64,000 nt of DNA from Candidatus Iainarchaeum sp. (GTDB lineage Archaea; Iainarchaeota; Iainarchaeia; Iainarchaeales; VGJJ01). The stretch lies in the NCBI GenBank assembly GCA_016699555.1, contig CP064981.1:155456-219455 (forward strand), read 5' to 3'. Below are positions 28,901 to 37,442 of this stretch, piece by piece. Below the pieces are notes generated by a model, which saw nothing but the letters and a program-made list of their open reading frames with translations, searched no databases and was not told the DNA's origin. Both the position numbers and the translations under genes were made by a program. How positions within the stretch are numbered: the stretch's first letter is position 1; each line of letters starts with the position of its first letter.

Positions 28901-29537
28901 TTTCGGAAACGGGACTGTTATCGTGGATGATGGGAATGGCACGGCAATAGGCAATGGCCTCATCTTTGATATCAATACGCTGGCGCCCCAGCCATGGGTC
29001 TCCAGTTACACGTTCAACATCCCTTGCACGACTACGCTGGCGTGCAGCTCGTCGCTTCTTTCCGTCCCCGGCAGTACGACGCAGTTCCAGTACCTGGATT
29101 CGAATGGCGTGCCGCAGGTCAAGGACTGGAATGAATTCATCACGACGCCATTCAATTACCGCGATTTGAACGTGGATATCCAGGCGGGAAATCTCATCAG
29201 CACCAACAATGTCGATCTCACGGTGCGCGTCATCAGCAATGGGACGCTGGACACGAATGGGACGAGCGTGAATTTCTATCGGGGAAATCCTTCTCCTTCG
29301 ACGCTAGTGGGTTCGCAGTCCATCCCCTTCCTGTGCGGCTCGCAATCTCCAGGGTGCTTGGCTTCGAGCTATTCGTTCACGCAAAACATCCCCGCGGAAG
29401 GGGATTTGTTCGCAGTGGTGAATCCTAGCGGTACGATTCCGGAATGCAGCTACAACAACCAGGACTTCATCTACTGCTACACCCGCCCCCAGACGCAGTT
29501 CTTCACACTGGACTACTGGGCATGGATCCGAGGGTGA
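25908..29537 (+). CDS. Giant pilin-like adhesin (1209 aa): class III signal peptide, VWA domain, LVIVD beta-propeller repeats, and a duplicated ~135-aa module
   Basis: N-terminus [28 protein letters not shown] MIDAS motif [15 protein letters not shown]. VWA continuation [13 protein letters not shown]...[12 protein letters not shown] and [31 protein letters not shown]. LVIVD-type repeats such as [24 protein letters not shown] and [24 protein letters not shown]. Internal repeat A at 26985-27390 and repeat B at 28216-28615. Confidence 0.7.
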   Translation: [1209 protein letters not shown]

Positions 29538-29541
29538 TGGG

Positions 29542-30531
29542 ATGCGCGAGAAAGGAATATTGTTCACGTTCCTCACCTTTCTGTTTGTGGGAGTGGTGAT
29601 GACGGCCATCGGGTTCCATCTCCACGCGCAAGAGCGCCAATCCGAGACGACGGTGGAAGTGAGCGTGCTCAACAGCATCAATGCGAAGTACGACGATGTG
29701 ACGGACGACATCATTTCCTTGGACATGAGCATCGGCATCCCGTCCATCGTCCAGCGCTTCTTGCCGTTCCAATACACGATCGATCGCAATGTCCTGTATA
29801 CGACGCAGCAATTGCCCCTCGCTTCGGGGAGATTGGGCCTTTACTTCGACGTGATCAATACCTATCGCGTCTTCGCGACGGACAGCAACACCCAACATAC
29901 CTTCGATGGGGTGCGCATCGACTTGAATGTCCCGCAACCGCCTGCATGGGGAGGGACGCAGTCCACGGCCAAATTCAACCTGCTTCCTCATTGCGTGCAG
30001 TACCAGTTGCTGGACGACAATACATTTTCTCTTTCCAGCGCTTCATCGCTCGGTTGCTCCTCGACGTTCGATCTGATCGCGAGCATCCAGCGGATCGATG
30101 TCAATGTCATCCTGCTCGGGACGACGGACGACTACAACGTGTTGAGTTGCGACTTCAATGGGAATGCGTGTCCGTTCGAAACGTACGCGCCCGATTCCAA
30201 TTATCCTTTTTTCTCTTTGCAGGTGGACGATTCGAACTGCGTGAATTGTTCGCTGAGCTCGAATGAAAAGAATCTCGGAGTTTATTTCCGGCCGGACGAC
30301 ACCAATACGATGACCTACTCCTGCGGCAGCAGCGGCTGCAATTCGAGTCCTTTCACGGTCACGCTCAGTAATGGCGTATATTTCTCCCACGGCGGGTCGC
30401 CTATGCTCATTTCGATGGCAGTACAGTTCAAGCAACCGATCAGTTCTTTCTATTATCAGGATGCCAATTATTCCGTTACGAAACCGGGATTCGATACCTA
30501 CAAGAGCAACGTGGTGGTGTTCCCCCAATGA
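29542..30531 (+). CDS. Secreted or pilin-like Cys-containing protein, hypothetical
   Basis: MREKGILFTFLTFLFVGVVMTAIGF is a possible class III signal (KG|I). Operonic with flanking genes (4-nt overlaps). Confidence 0.45.
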   Translation: MREKGILFTFLTFLFVGVVMTAIGFHLHAQERQSETTVEVSVLNSINAKYDDVTDDIISLDMSIGIPSIVQRFLPFQYTIDRNVLYTTQQLPLASGRLGLYFDVINTYRVFATDSNTQHTFDGVRIDLNVPQPPAWGGTQSTAKFNLLPHCVQYQLLDDNTFSLSSASSLGCSSTFDLIASIQRIDVNVILLGTTDDYNVLSCDFNGNACPFETYAPDSNYPFFSLQVDDSNCVNCSLSSNEKNLGVYFRPDDTNTMTYSCGSSGCNSSPFTVTLSNGVYFSHGGSPMLISMAVQFKQPISSFYYQDANYSVTKPGFDTYKSNVVVFPQ

Positions 30532-31658
30532 ATGCCAGCGAGACGTTATTCCTGTTGCTGGGGGTCATTGCACTCCTGGGGGGAGGGTATTATCTCTACA
30601 CGCAACAACCGGTCCAGCAGGCGCAATCCATCCCTTCCCTGACGTGGGATGCTCCTACTGCGGGGCGTGTGGATGATGCGCTTTCTTTTTCGGTGGACAT
30701 CACGAATGCTCCCGGGTCGACGGTCACATTCGTGGCGGATGGGGCAACGAGCAACGGGGATTGTTCCACTAATCCCTGCCGCCTTGCATTCATGCACACG
30801 TTCTCGCGCCCGGGCCTGCATACGGTAGGGGTGCGCGTGAATGACTATACCTTTACGCGCATCGTTTCCGTGACGGATACGATCGTGCGCTGTATTGATG
30901 GTACGCGCGATAAAGCCTGCGCGGCGCCGCCCCTCCAATGCGTGAATGGGAAGTTCGTGGATAATTGTAGCATCTGTGGTTGTCCGACAGGAGAGACGTG
31001 CCAATCCAACCAATGCGTTTCGGAGGCGCTGTCGTTTGGCATCGGCACGATGACGTCGACACTACGAGGGAGCCATGCGCAGATCGGCGTTCCGCTGCAA
31101 AACCATTCTACGACAAGCGTGGACGGTCTTTTCTTGGTGTACGTGGATGTGTATGACAACACCGACGCGTTGCTGTCCTCGTTTCCGCAGCAGGTGCGCT
31201 TGGATGATGTCGCTCCCGGCGTGACGCGGACGATTGCGTCGGATGTCCAACTGCCTGCACGAGCCGCACGCATCGGGGGAAGGATTTACTCGGTGACACC
31301 GGAAGGGAATCCCGTTGCGCTGTTGGGGAGCACCACGCAGACCGTTCCGCTTGCAATCGCATTCGATAATGTCTCCCCTTCCGCGCCGGGGAACCTGCGG
31401 GTGGTGCATGAGGATGATGTTGGTATTTTGCGCTGGGATGCGAGTGCGTCCCAGGACGTAAGCGGATATGTGGTGTACCGCCAGAACTTCGACTCGCAAC
31501 AATTTACGACATACTCCGTGCTAGCGGAGACAACTGCTACACAATATGTGCTGCCCGTCTCAGGGGAATCGCTCCTCTACACGGTGCGCGCCAAAGACTT
31601 TTCGGGTAATTTGAGCGAGCCGGCGCAGGCCGTGATGGCATCAGGGAATGCCACTTAA
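30528..31658 (+). CDS. Membrane-anchored surface protein with a PKD-like domain, a Cys-rich module and a C-terminal fibronectin type III domain
   Basis: N-terminal TM ETLFLLLGVIALLGGGYYLY. CVNGKFVDNCSICGCPTGETCQSNQC. FN3-like APGNLRVVHEDDVGILRWDAS...YTVRAKDFSGNLSEP. Confidence 0.5.
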   Translation: MNASETLFLLLGVIALLGGGYYLYTQQPVQQAQSIPSLTWDAPTAGRVDDALSFSVDITNAPGSTVTFVADGATSNGDCSTNPCRLAFMHTFSRPGLHTVGVRVNDYTFTRIVSVTDTIVRCIDGTRDKACAAPPLQCVNGKFVDNCSICGCPTGETCQSNQCVSEALSFGIGTMTSTLRGSHAQIGVPLQNHSTTSVDGLFLVYVDVYDNTDALLSSFPQQVRLDDVAPGVTRTIASDVQLPARAARIGGRIYSVTPEGNPVALLGSTTQTVPLAIAFDNVSPSAPGNLRVVHEDDVGILRWDASASQDVSGYVVYRQNFDSQQFTTYSVLAETTATQYVLPVSGESLLYTVRAKDFSGNLSEPAQAVMASGNAT

Positions 31659-31685
31659 ATACTCAAATGCGTTGCTCACCTTGTT

Positions 31686-32504
31686 ATGTCTCCCGATAAG
31701 CCTAAGTCTGGCGTCATCAATGCACTCTCGCGTATTTTGCACTTGCATCAATTGCCTGACACCCCTCCTTCAACGTTGACGACGTCGGCTCCTGCGCCGC
31801 GTGTTGCTCCCGTTCTTGGAGGGCAAGGTCCTGCGATTCCACCTGCGTATGAGGGGAAACCGTATGTGATTCCCGAAGCGCGACGCGCCGTCATCCCGCC
31901 TTCCACTGTTCCGGCATCGCGCGTGGAAATGCCGGCTGCCGCTCCGCGTATGGAACCAGTCGCTGTCCCCCCACAACCATTGCAGCGCACCACTCCCGCG
32001 ATTACGCCTGCGCGTCCCACGCTTGCGCGGCCGGCGACTGCAAGTCCGACGGCGCATTCGGTGTGGCCTTTTCCTGCACCCTGGATTAAGTCAACGCCCA
32101 AAGCTACGCCGCCTGCAGCTCCTGCAACTATTCCGCCTTCAGCATCCGCGCCCGCGCCGGCCGCGAAGCCCGTTACCACTCCGGTGAAGTTCCCGGCACC
32201 CACTCCCATTGTGCGCAATCCAACGACTGCAACGAAGCCTGTATCTGTTCCGCCTGCATCAACGGCTGCTCCGGTTTCGGCTTCAATGCCCGTGGCTCCA
32301 GATGCCATCGTCACCAACTTCGATCGCATCCTGGATATCGTGCGCCTGCAGAAAAGCATCAAGCTCGACGAGTTGACGAAGCGCTTGGCGATGAACGAGG
32401 AAAAGATCGCGGAAGAATTGCAGACGCTCGAGGACAACGGCTTGATCGAGGTGCGCTATCCCGCGTTCGGCGAACCCATTATCTATTTCAAGAACGCTTC
32501 GTAG
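31686..32504 (+). CDS. Proline-rich low-complexity protein with a C-terminal winged-helix domain, directly upstream of the pilus ATPase
   Basis: P/A/T-rich for about 200 aa, then DRILDIVRLQKSIKLDELTKRLAMNEEKIAEELQTLEDNGLIEV. Confidence 0.45.
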   Translation: MSPDKPKSGVINALSRILHLHQLPDTPPSTLTTSAPAPRVAPVLGGQGPAIPPAYEGKPYVIPEARRAVIPPSTVPASRVEMPAAAPRMEPVAVPPQPLQRTTPAITPARPTLARPATASPTAHSVWPFPAPWIKSTPKATPPAAPATIPPSASAPAPAAKPVTTPVKFPAPTPIVRNPTTATKPVSVPPASTAAPVSASMPVAPDAIVTNFDRILDIVRLQKSIKLDELTKRLAMNEEKIAEELQTLEDNGLIEVRYPAFGEPIIYFKNAS

Positions 32505-32582
32505 TGCTCTAATAGGCTAACCACGGTGCGATTCATTTTCCGTTGGGGTAGCACTTATAACCTCCAATTCCTTTTTTCGGCT

Positions 32583-34073
32583 ATGCTTCATGGCAATATC
32601 GAGTCCTATTCGATCAAGTCCGACATTGATGTGGGGGTCGACATCACCTATGACGAAGCCGGTTTCGTGAAACGCTACATGCTCCGCGTTCCGGAGTTCG
32701 GGCCAGGAACGAGGGCGATGCTCAACAATCTGAAGAGCAAGGTGATTTCGGACGTCAACGTGTCGGGAGACAAACTGCTCGATGTCAAGTTCGTGGAAGA
32801 AATGAAAGGACACTTCCGCACCAAGGCACGGGCGCTCATGGAAGTGCAGCTGCCCGAGATTCCATTGGAACAACGCGACAAGCTGATTGCAGTCATTATC
32901 CACGAAATGGTGGGGTTAGGCTACATCGAGTTCATGCTCGATGACGGGAATCTCGAAGAAATCGTGGTGAACAGCGCCGAGGAACCGGTGTGGGTGTACC
33001 ACAAAAAGTATGGCTGGCTCAAGAGCAACATCTTCATCTCTCCCGAGGCGGAGATCCAGAATTATGCGAGTATTATCGCGCGCCGCGTGGGGAAGCAGGT
33101 CACGATCCTGAATCCCTTGCTGGATGCGCACTTGGTCACGGGCGATCGTGCCAATGCGTCGTTGCATCCCATTTCCTCGCGCGGAAACACGATTACGATC
33201 CGTCGTTTTCGCCGCGATCCATGGACGGTTACGGATTTCATCAATGGGGGGACGGGAAGCGCCGAGCTGATGTCGTTGATATGGTTGGCGATGGAGTATG
33301 AATTGAACATCATGGTTTCCGGTGGTACTGGAAGCGGAAAGACGACGTTGCTGAATGTCATGATGCCCTTCATCCAACCCAACCAGCGTGTGCTGACCAT
33401 CGAAGATACGCGCGAACTGCAGCTTCCCGAATTCCTGCACTGGGTGCCCATGACGACGCGCGAGCCCAATGCGGAGGGCAAGGGACAGATTTCCATGCTG
33501 GACCTGCTCGTCAATGCCTTGCGTATGCGCCCGGACCGCATCATCGTGGGTGAAGTCAGAAGACAGAAGGAAGCCGAAGTGATGTTCGAAGCCATGCACA
33601 CCGGGCATGCGGTTTACGCTACGGTGCACGCAAACACGGCGGAAGAGACCATCCAACGCTTGACGTCTCCGCCTATCGAAATCGCGCCTTCATTGTTGGA
33701 AGCGGTCCACTTGAACGCGGTCATGTTCCGCAATCGTCGGTTGGGCGTGAGAAGGATCCTCCAACTGGCCGAATTCGTCCCCATGAAGTCCGGGGCACAA
33801 GGAGGCACGACGCTGAAACCCAATATCCTTTTCCGCTGGCGCGCGCAGACGGATACGATCGAGAAATACGCGGAAAGCATCCGCCTGTTCGATGAATTGG
33901 CGCTGCACACGGGTTATACGGCCCAAGAGATCAATCAGAATCTCAGCGAGAAACAGCGCGTGCTCGAATACATGATGCGCGAGAAGATCCGCGACATCAA
34001 TGAGGTGGGGATGGCGATCGCGCAATACTATTCCGATCCCGAAGTCATATTCAAGAAAGCGGGGATCCGTTGA
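32583..34073 (+). CDS. Type IV pilus/archaellum assembly ATPase (FlaI/TadA/CpaF family, secretion NTPase)
   Basis: Walker A VSGGTGSGKTTLLN, Asp box, Walker B RPDRIIVGEVR, His box EAMHTGHAVYATVHAN. The track start is GTG; the first ATG is at 32583. Confidence 0.9.
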   Translation: MLHGNIESYSIKSDIDVGVDITYDEAGFVKRYMLRVPEFGPGTRAMLNNLKSKVISDVNVSGDKLLDVKFVEEMKGHFRTKARALMEVQLPEIPLEQRDKLIAVIIHEMVGLGYIEFMLDDGNLEEIVVNSAEEPVWVYHKKYGWLKSNIFISPEAEIQNYASIIARRVGKQVTILNPLLDAHLVTGDRANASLHPISSRGNTITIRRFRRDPWTVTDFINGGTGSAELMSLIWLAMEYELNIMVSGGTGSGKTTLLNVMMPFIQPNQRVLTIEDTRELQLPEFLHWVPMTTREPNAEGKGQISMLDLLVNALRMRPDRIIVGEVRRQKEAEVMFEAMHTGHAVYATVHANTAEETIQRLTSPPIEIAPSLLEAVHLNAVMFRNRRLGVRRILQLAEFVPMKSGAQGGTTLKPNILFRWRAQTDTIEKYAESIRLFDELALHTGYTAQEINQNLSEKQRVLEYMMREKIRDINEVGMAIAQYYSDPEVIFKKAGIR

Positions 34074-34085
34074 GGCGGTGGAAAG

Positions 34086-34979
34086 ATGATCTATCGCTTC
34101 TCCATGCCATTGAACGTATTGCCCATGCCCATGCTGCGCTGGGCCAGCAAGCGACTCATCGGATTGGGCACGCAGTTCGGGAAGATATTCCCTGTATCGG
34201 ACGCCGACATGCGGCGCGCGAGTATCCCTGTCTCGTCCAAAGAGTATGCGACGATGTCTCTTGTGATTATCGCATTCTACTTCGTCTTTTTCTTCCTCGT
34301 CTTCTATACGATCAGCTACCGCGTCTTCGGGACGCTCAATCCTGTCCTCCCCGTCGTCGTGAGCGCGGTGTTCGGGATCCTGGTGATGGTGCAATTGGTC
34401 GCGTATCCCGTCATCCAGATCAAGAAGAAGGTCCGCGACCTCGACCGCAATCTGGTTTTTGCGCTGCGCACGCTCCTCGTGCAACTGCGTTCGGGCGTAA
34501 GCTTGTTCGATTCGATGAAAGTGGTGGCGGAAGGGAATTACGGCGCTGTTTCGACGGAGTTCCACAAGGCGGTGGAGCAGATCAACACGGGGACGATCCA
34601 AGAGGCGGCGTTAGAACGCATCGCGGAGAACAATCCGAGCATCTATTTCCGCCGTACTATCTGGCAAGTCGTCAACGGCATGCGCGCGGGCGCGGATATC
34701 ACGCAAGTGCTCGCGGAGAGCGTGGATTCATTGACGGATGCGCAGTCCATCCAGATCCGCAACTATGAAAGCCAGATGAAGATCCTCTCGCTCGTGTACA
34801 TGATGTTAGGCGTTATCGTGCCAGCGTTAGGGATCACGTTCTTGATCGTGCTGTCTTCGTTCCCCCAAATCACGATTACGGATGTGTATTTCTGGGTGCT
34901 GCTGACGTTCGTGGGAATCGGGCAGTTCATGTACATGGGTATCGTCAAGAGCAAACGCCCATCGCTGTTGGGAGACTGA
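34086..34979 (+). CDS. Pilus assembly membrane protein with a T2SS-F domain (TadB-like, FlaJ N-half-like)
   Basis: T2SSF-type stretch NLVFALRTLLVQLRSGVSLFDSMKVV...AVEQINTG flanked by TM helices. Confidence 0.8.
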   Translation: MIYRFSMPLNVLPMPMLRWASKRLIGLGTQFGKIFPVSDADMRRASIPVSSKEYATMSLVIIAFYFVFFFLVFYTISYRVFGTLNPVLPVVVSAVFGILVMVQLVAYPVIQIKKKVRDLDRNLVFALRTLLVQLRSGVSLFDSMKVVAEGNYGAVSTEFHKAVEQINTGTIQEAALERIAENNPSIYFRRTIWQVVNGMRAGADITQVLAESVDSLTDAQSIQIRNYESQMKILSLVYMMLGVIVPALGITFLIVLSSFPQITITDVYFWVLLTFVGIGQFMYMGIVKSKRPSLLGD

Positions 34980-36001
34980 TGCGCATGCCTTCTTTCCGGG
35001 TCGAACTGCCATTCTTGCGTGGGATCTATGCGGCATTCGAGAAGCAATTCATGTATTTGGGCCTGAAGATCTCGGCGCGCAAGTATGTGATGAACACGCT
35101 CATCTTCAGCTTCGTGCTGGGAGTGATTGCGGTCTTTTTGGGCCTGACCACGTTCAACTTGGGGATTATCTTCAGCATCATCGCGGGAATCAGTACGATA
35201 GTGGGGATGATCGGGGCGATGTACATGCTCCTGGACCTTTCCGCCGATGGTCGTGGGAAAAAAGTGGAGTCGATCCTGCCGGATGCGTTGCAGCTCATCG
35301 CAAGCAACATCAAATCGGGCTTGACGACCGAGCGTGCACTGTTGATGAGCGCGCGCCCGGAGTTCGGGCCGTTGGAAACGGAACTGCGACGCGTTTCCGC
35401 GAAGATCTATTCGGGTTCGCCGGTGGAGCATGCGATCCTCGAGATCCCTAAACACATCAAGTCCACACTCCTCGAGCGCACGACGTGGTTGTTGGCGCGC
35501 GGTATCTCTTCCGGCGGAGAAATCGCGGATCTCCTCATGCAGCTCTCGCACAACCTGCGAAAGCAATTGGCGTTGCAATCGGAAGCGAGCGCGTCCATCT
35601 CCATCTATGTCATCCTCATCTTCTTCTCTGCCGCGTTCGGGGGGCCTGCGCTCTATGCGGTTTCTTCTTTCATCGTAGAGGTGATGACGGCGCAGACGGG
35701 TTCCACTCCTGCCATCGATCCGGGAACGATCGCTTCGGCAGGGAGCCGTTTTGCGGGATTGAGTGGCTTTGTCAGCGGAAAGGCCAGCATCATTTCGCCG
35801 GACTTCATCGTGTTTTTCTCGCAAGTCATGTTATTCGTGGGAGGGGTATTCGCTTCGCTCATCCTTGGAGCGATCGCCACCGGAAAGGAAAAGGACGGGA
35901 TGAAGTATTTGCCCGTGATGCTATTGGTCTCTTTCGGCTTGTTCTTCCTGATCCGCGCCGTCATGCATGCGGCATTCGGTCCACTGCTGTTGAATCAGTA
36001 G
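34979..36001 (+). CDS. Pilus assembly membrane protein with a T2SS-F domain (TadC-like, FlaJ C-half-like)
   Basis: LPDALQLIASNIKSGLTTERALLMSA...ELRRVSAKIYSG plus several TM helices. ATGA overlap with the TadB-like gene. Confidence 0.8.
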   Translation: MRMPSFRVELPFLRGIYAAFEKQFMYLGLKISARKYVMNTLIFSFVLGVIAVFLGLTTFNLGIIFSIIAGISTIVGMIGAMYMLLDLSADGRGKKVESILPDALQLIASNIKSGLTTERALLMSARPEFGPLETELRRVSAKIYSGSPVEHAILEIPKHIKSTLLERTTWLLARGISSGGEIADLLMQLSHNLRKQLALQSEASASISIYVILIFFSAAFGGPALYAVSSFIVEVMTAQTGSTPAIDPGTIASAGSRFAGLSGFVSGKASIISPDFIVFFSQVMLFVGGVFASLILGAIATGKEKDGMKYLPVMLLVSFGLFFLIRAVMHAAFGPLLLNQ

Positions 36002-36034
36002 CACTGGCAAAAATGATCGATCGCATTCACCGCA

Positions 36035-36733
36035 TTATTCGGTGAACAGCTCTTCTTTGGGCAAGATTTCCATGCCGTCTTGGGTAATGCGGACGGGCCG
36101 CAATTTATCCGAAATCTTCGTCTCGCGCATCTTAAGGATCCCGACGCTGCGCTGGAAGCGATTCTCGATACGCGTGTGATAGAGCAAGATGACGCCATCC
36201 GCGACATATTCTTCCAATCCGAACAAACCGGTTTGCTGCGTGGAATTTTCATTGGTGATGATCGTCGTGACGCCCAGCTTCTTGAGCATCTTTCCCAGCG
36301 ATAGGATTCTTTTTCTGGCGTCGAGTTCTTTTTCGAAGTACAAGTGAAAAATGACACCGGGGTCGATGACCATGCGCTTGGCTTTGCTTTTTGTCACTAA
36401 GTCTTCGATGCTATCGCGTAATTTGTCGAAGTCATACAATTCGATGGTCTGCATGATTATTTTTCCGGATTTGACGAGCGGAGAATAATCCCATCCGAAA
36501 ACAGCTGCTGTTTGAATGAGTTCTTCGGGCTTTTCTTCGAGTGAAAGATAGACTCCCACTTCATTGTGCTGCATGGCGCCCGAATAAAGGTATTGCAGGC
36601 AGAAGATGGTCTTTCCCGCGCCGGGGTCTCCCGTTAATGCGACGAGTGCGCCTTTGGGGACGCCGCCCTCAATCAATTCGTCCAGCCCTCTTACTCCCGT
36701 GGGAGTGCGTTCGATGGTCGTAATGGGCGGCAT
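36035..36733 (-). CDS. KaiC/RecA-superfamily ATPase, FlaH-like
   Basis: GVRGLDELIEGGVPKGALVALTGDPGAGKTIFCLQYL (Walker A) on a single KaiC-like domain of about 230 aa. An alternative ATG is at 36751. Confidence 0.7.
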   Translation of the reverse strand: MPPITTIERTPTGVRGLDELIEGGVPKGALVALTGDPGAGKTIFCLQYLYSGAMQHNEVGVYLSLEEKPEELIQTAAVFGWDYSPLVKSGKIIMQTIELYDFDKLRDSIEDLVTKSKAKRMVIDPGVIFHLYFEKELDARKRILSLGKMLKKLGVTTIITNENSTQQTGLFGLEEYVADGVILLYHTRIENRFQRSVGILKMRETKISDKLRPVRITQDGMEILPKEELFTE

Positions 36734-36872
36734 TCGCTTTCCATAGAACATTTGCAGGTTTATAACAGTTTTAGTGGCATTATTCGGTTTCCGAGAAGAT
36801 TAACCTTTAAAATGCCCAAATCCTTCGCGTTCCTTAGCATTAACCTTTCTAAGAAAGGAGGAGCGAATGCGT

Positions 36873-37331
36873 ATGAAATTTGGTGTTCGAGGCCAATCGG
36901 CGCTGGAATACTTGATGACTTATGGCTGGGCCTTGGTCGTTATTGTTATTGCAGTTGCAGCATTGGTGATTCTAATCAATCCAAGCAATATTCAGGGAGA
37001 CACTTGTGACTCCAAACTGGGTCCTTTCGTTATTACCCAGTCAAATATCTCAGCTGACAGCGCCCAACTGGTTTTGGTCAACCAGACCGGACAAGGCGTT
37101 AGCGCTATGGACTTCAATGTTACCGGAACCCACGGTGGAGCCAATGCTTACACCTCTGGAGCCGTTACCGAGTCCCCTACCTCTATGACAGCTGGAGAAA
37201 CGGCAACGTTTACGGTCGATCCCGCGAACGATTTGAATGCTGGAACCTATAACTTGACGTACTCTTTGACATACAGCGCAGGAAATTTGACCGGTTTGAC
37301 CGCTACCGCACAGTGCCGCGGAACGATCTAA
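36873..37331 (+). CDS. Archaeal type IV pilin, candidate major pilin
   Basis: MKFGVRGQSALEYLMTYGWALVVIVIAVAALVIL is a textbook class III signal peptide. Strong RBS AAAGGAGGAG is about 9 nt upstream of 36873. Small (about 150 aa) with a Thr/Ser/Gly-rich beta domain. Confidence 0.8.
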   Translation: MKFGVRGQSALEYLMTYGWALVVIVIAVAALVILINPSNIQGDTCDSKLGPFVITQSNISADSAQLVLVNQTGQGVSAMDFNVTGTHGGANAYTSGAVTESPTSMTAGETATFTVDPANDLNAGTYNLTYSLTYSAGNLTGLTATAQCRGTI

Positions 37332-37442
37332 ATCGTATGAATGCGTGCCCGCAAGGGCGCCATTCTTTTCTTTCTTTTTTTTTGTACTGCTTTTTGCTCC
37401 ACTGACCCGCAGGTTTTTAGTTTCATGTCCCTTGCATGATGC

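Noticed and set aside
31748-32437. 229-aa minus-strand ORF inside the proline-rich gene
   Set aside because: Gly/Ala-rich mirror image of the Pro/Ala-rich plus-strand coding sequence.
32526-32582. GTG-initiated N-terminal extension of the pilus ATPase (MRFIFRWGSTYNLQFLFSA)
   Set aside because: Not protein-like, and there is no RBS. The first ATG at 32583 was used as the start instead.
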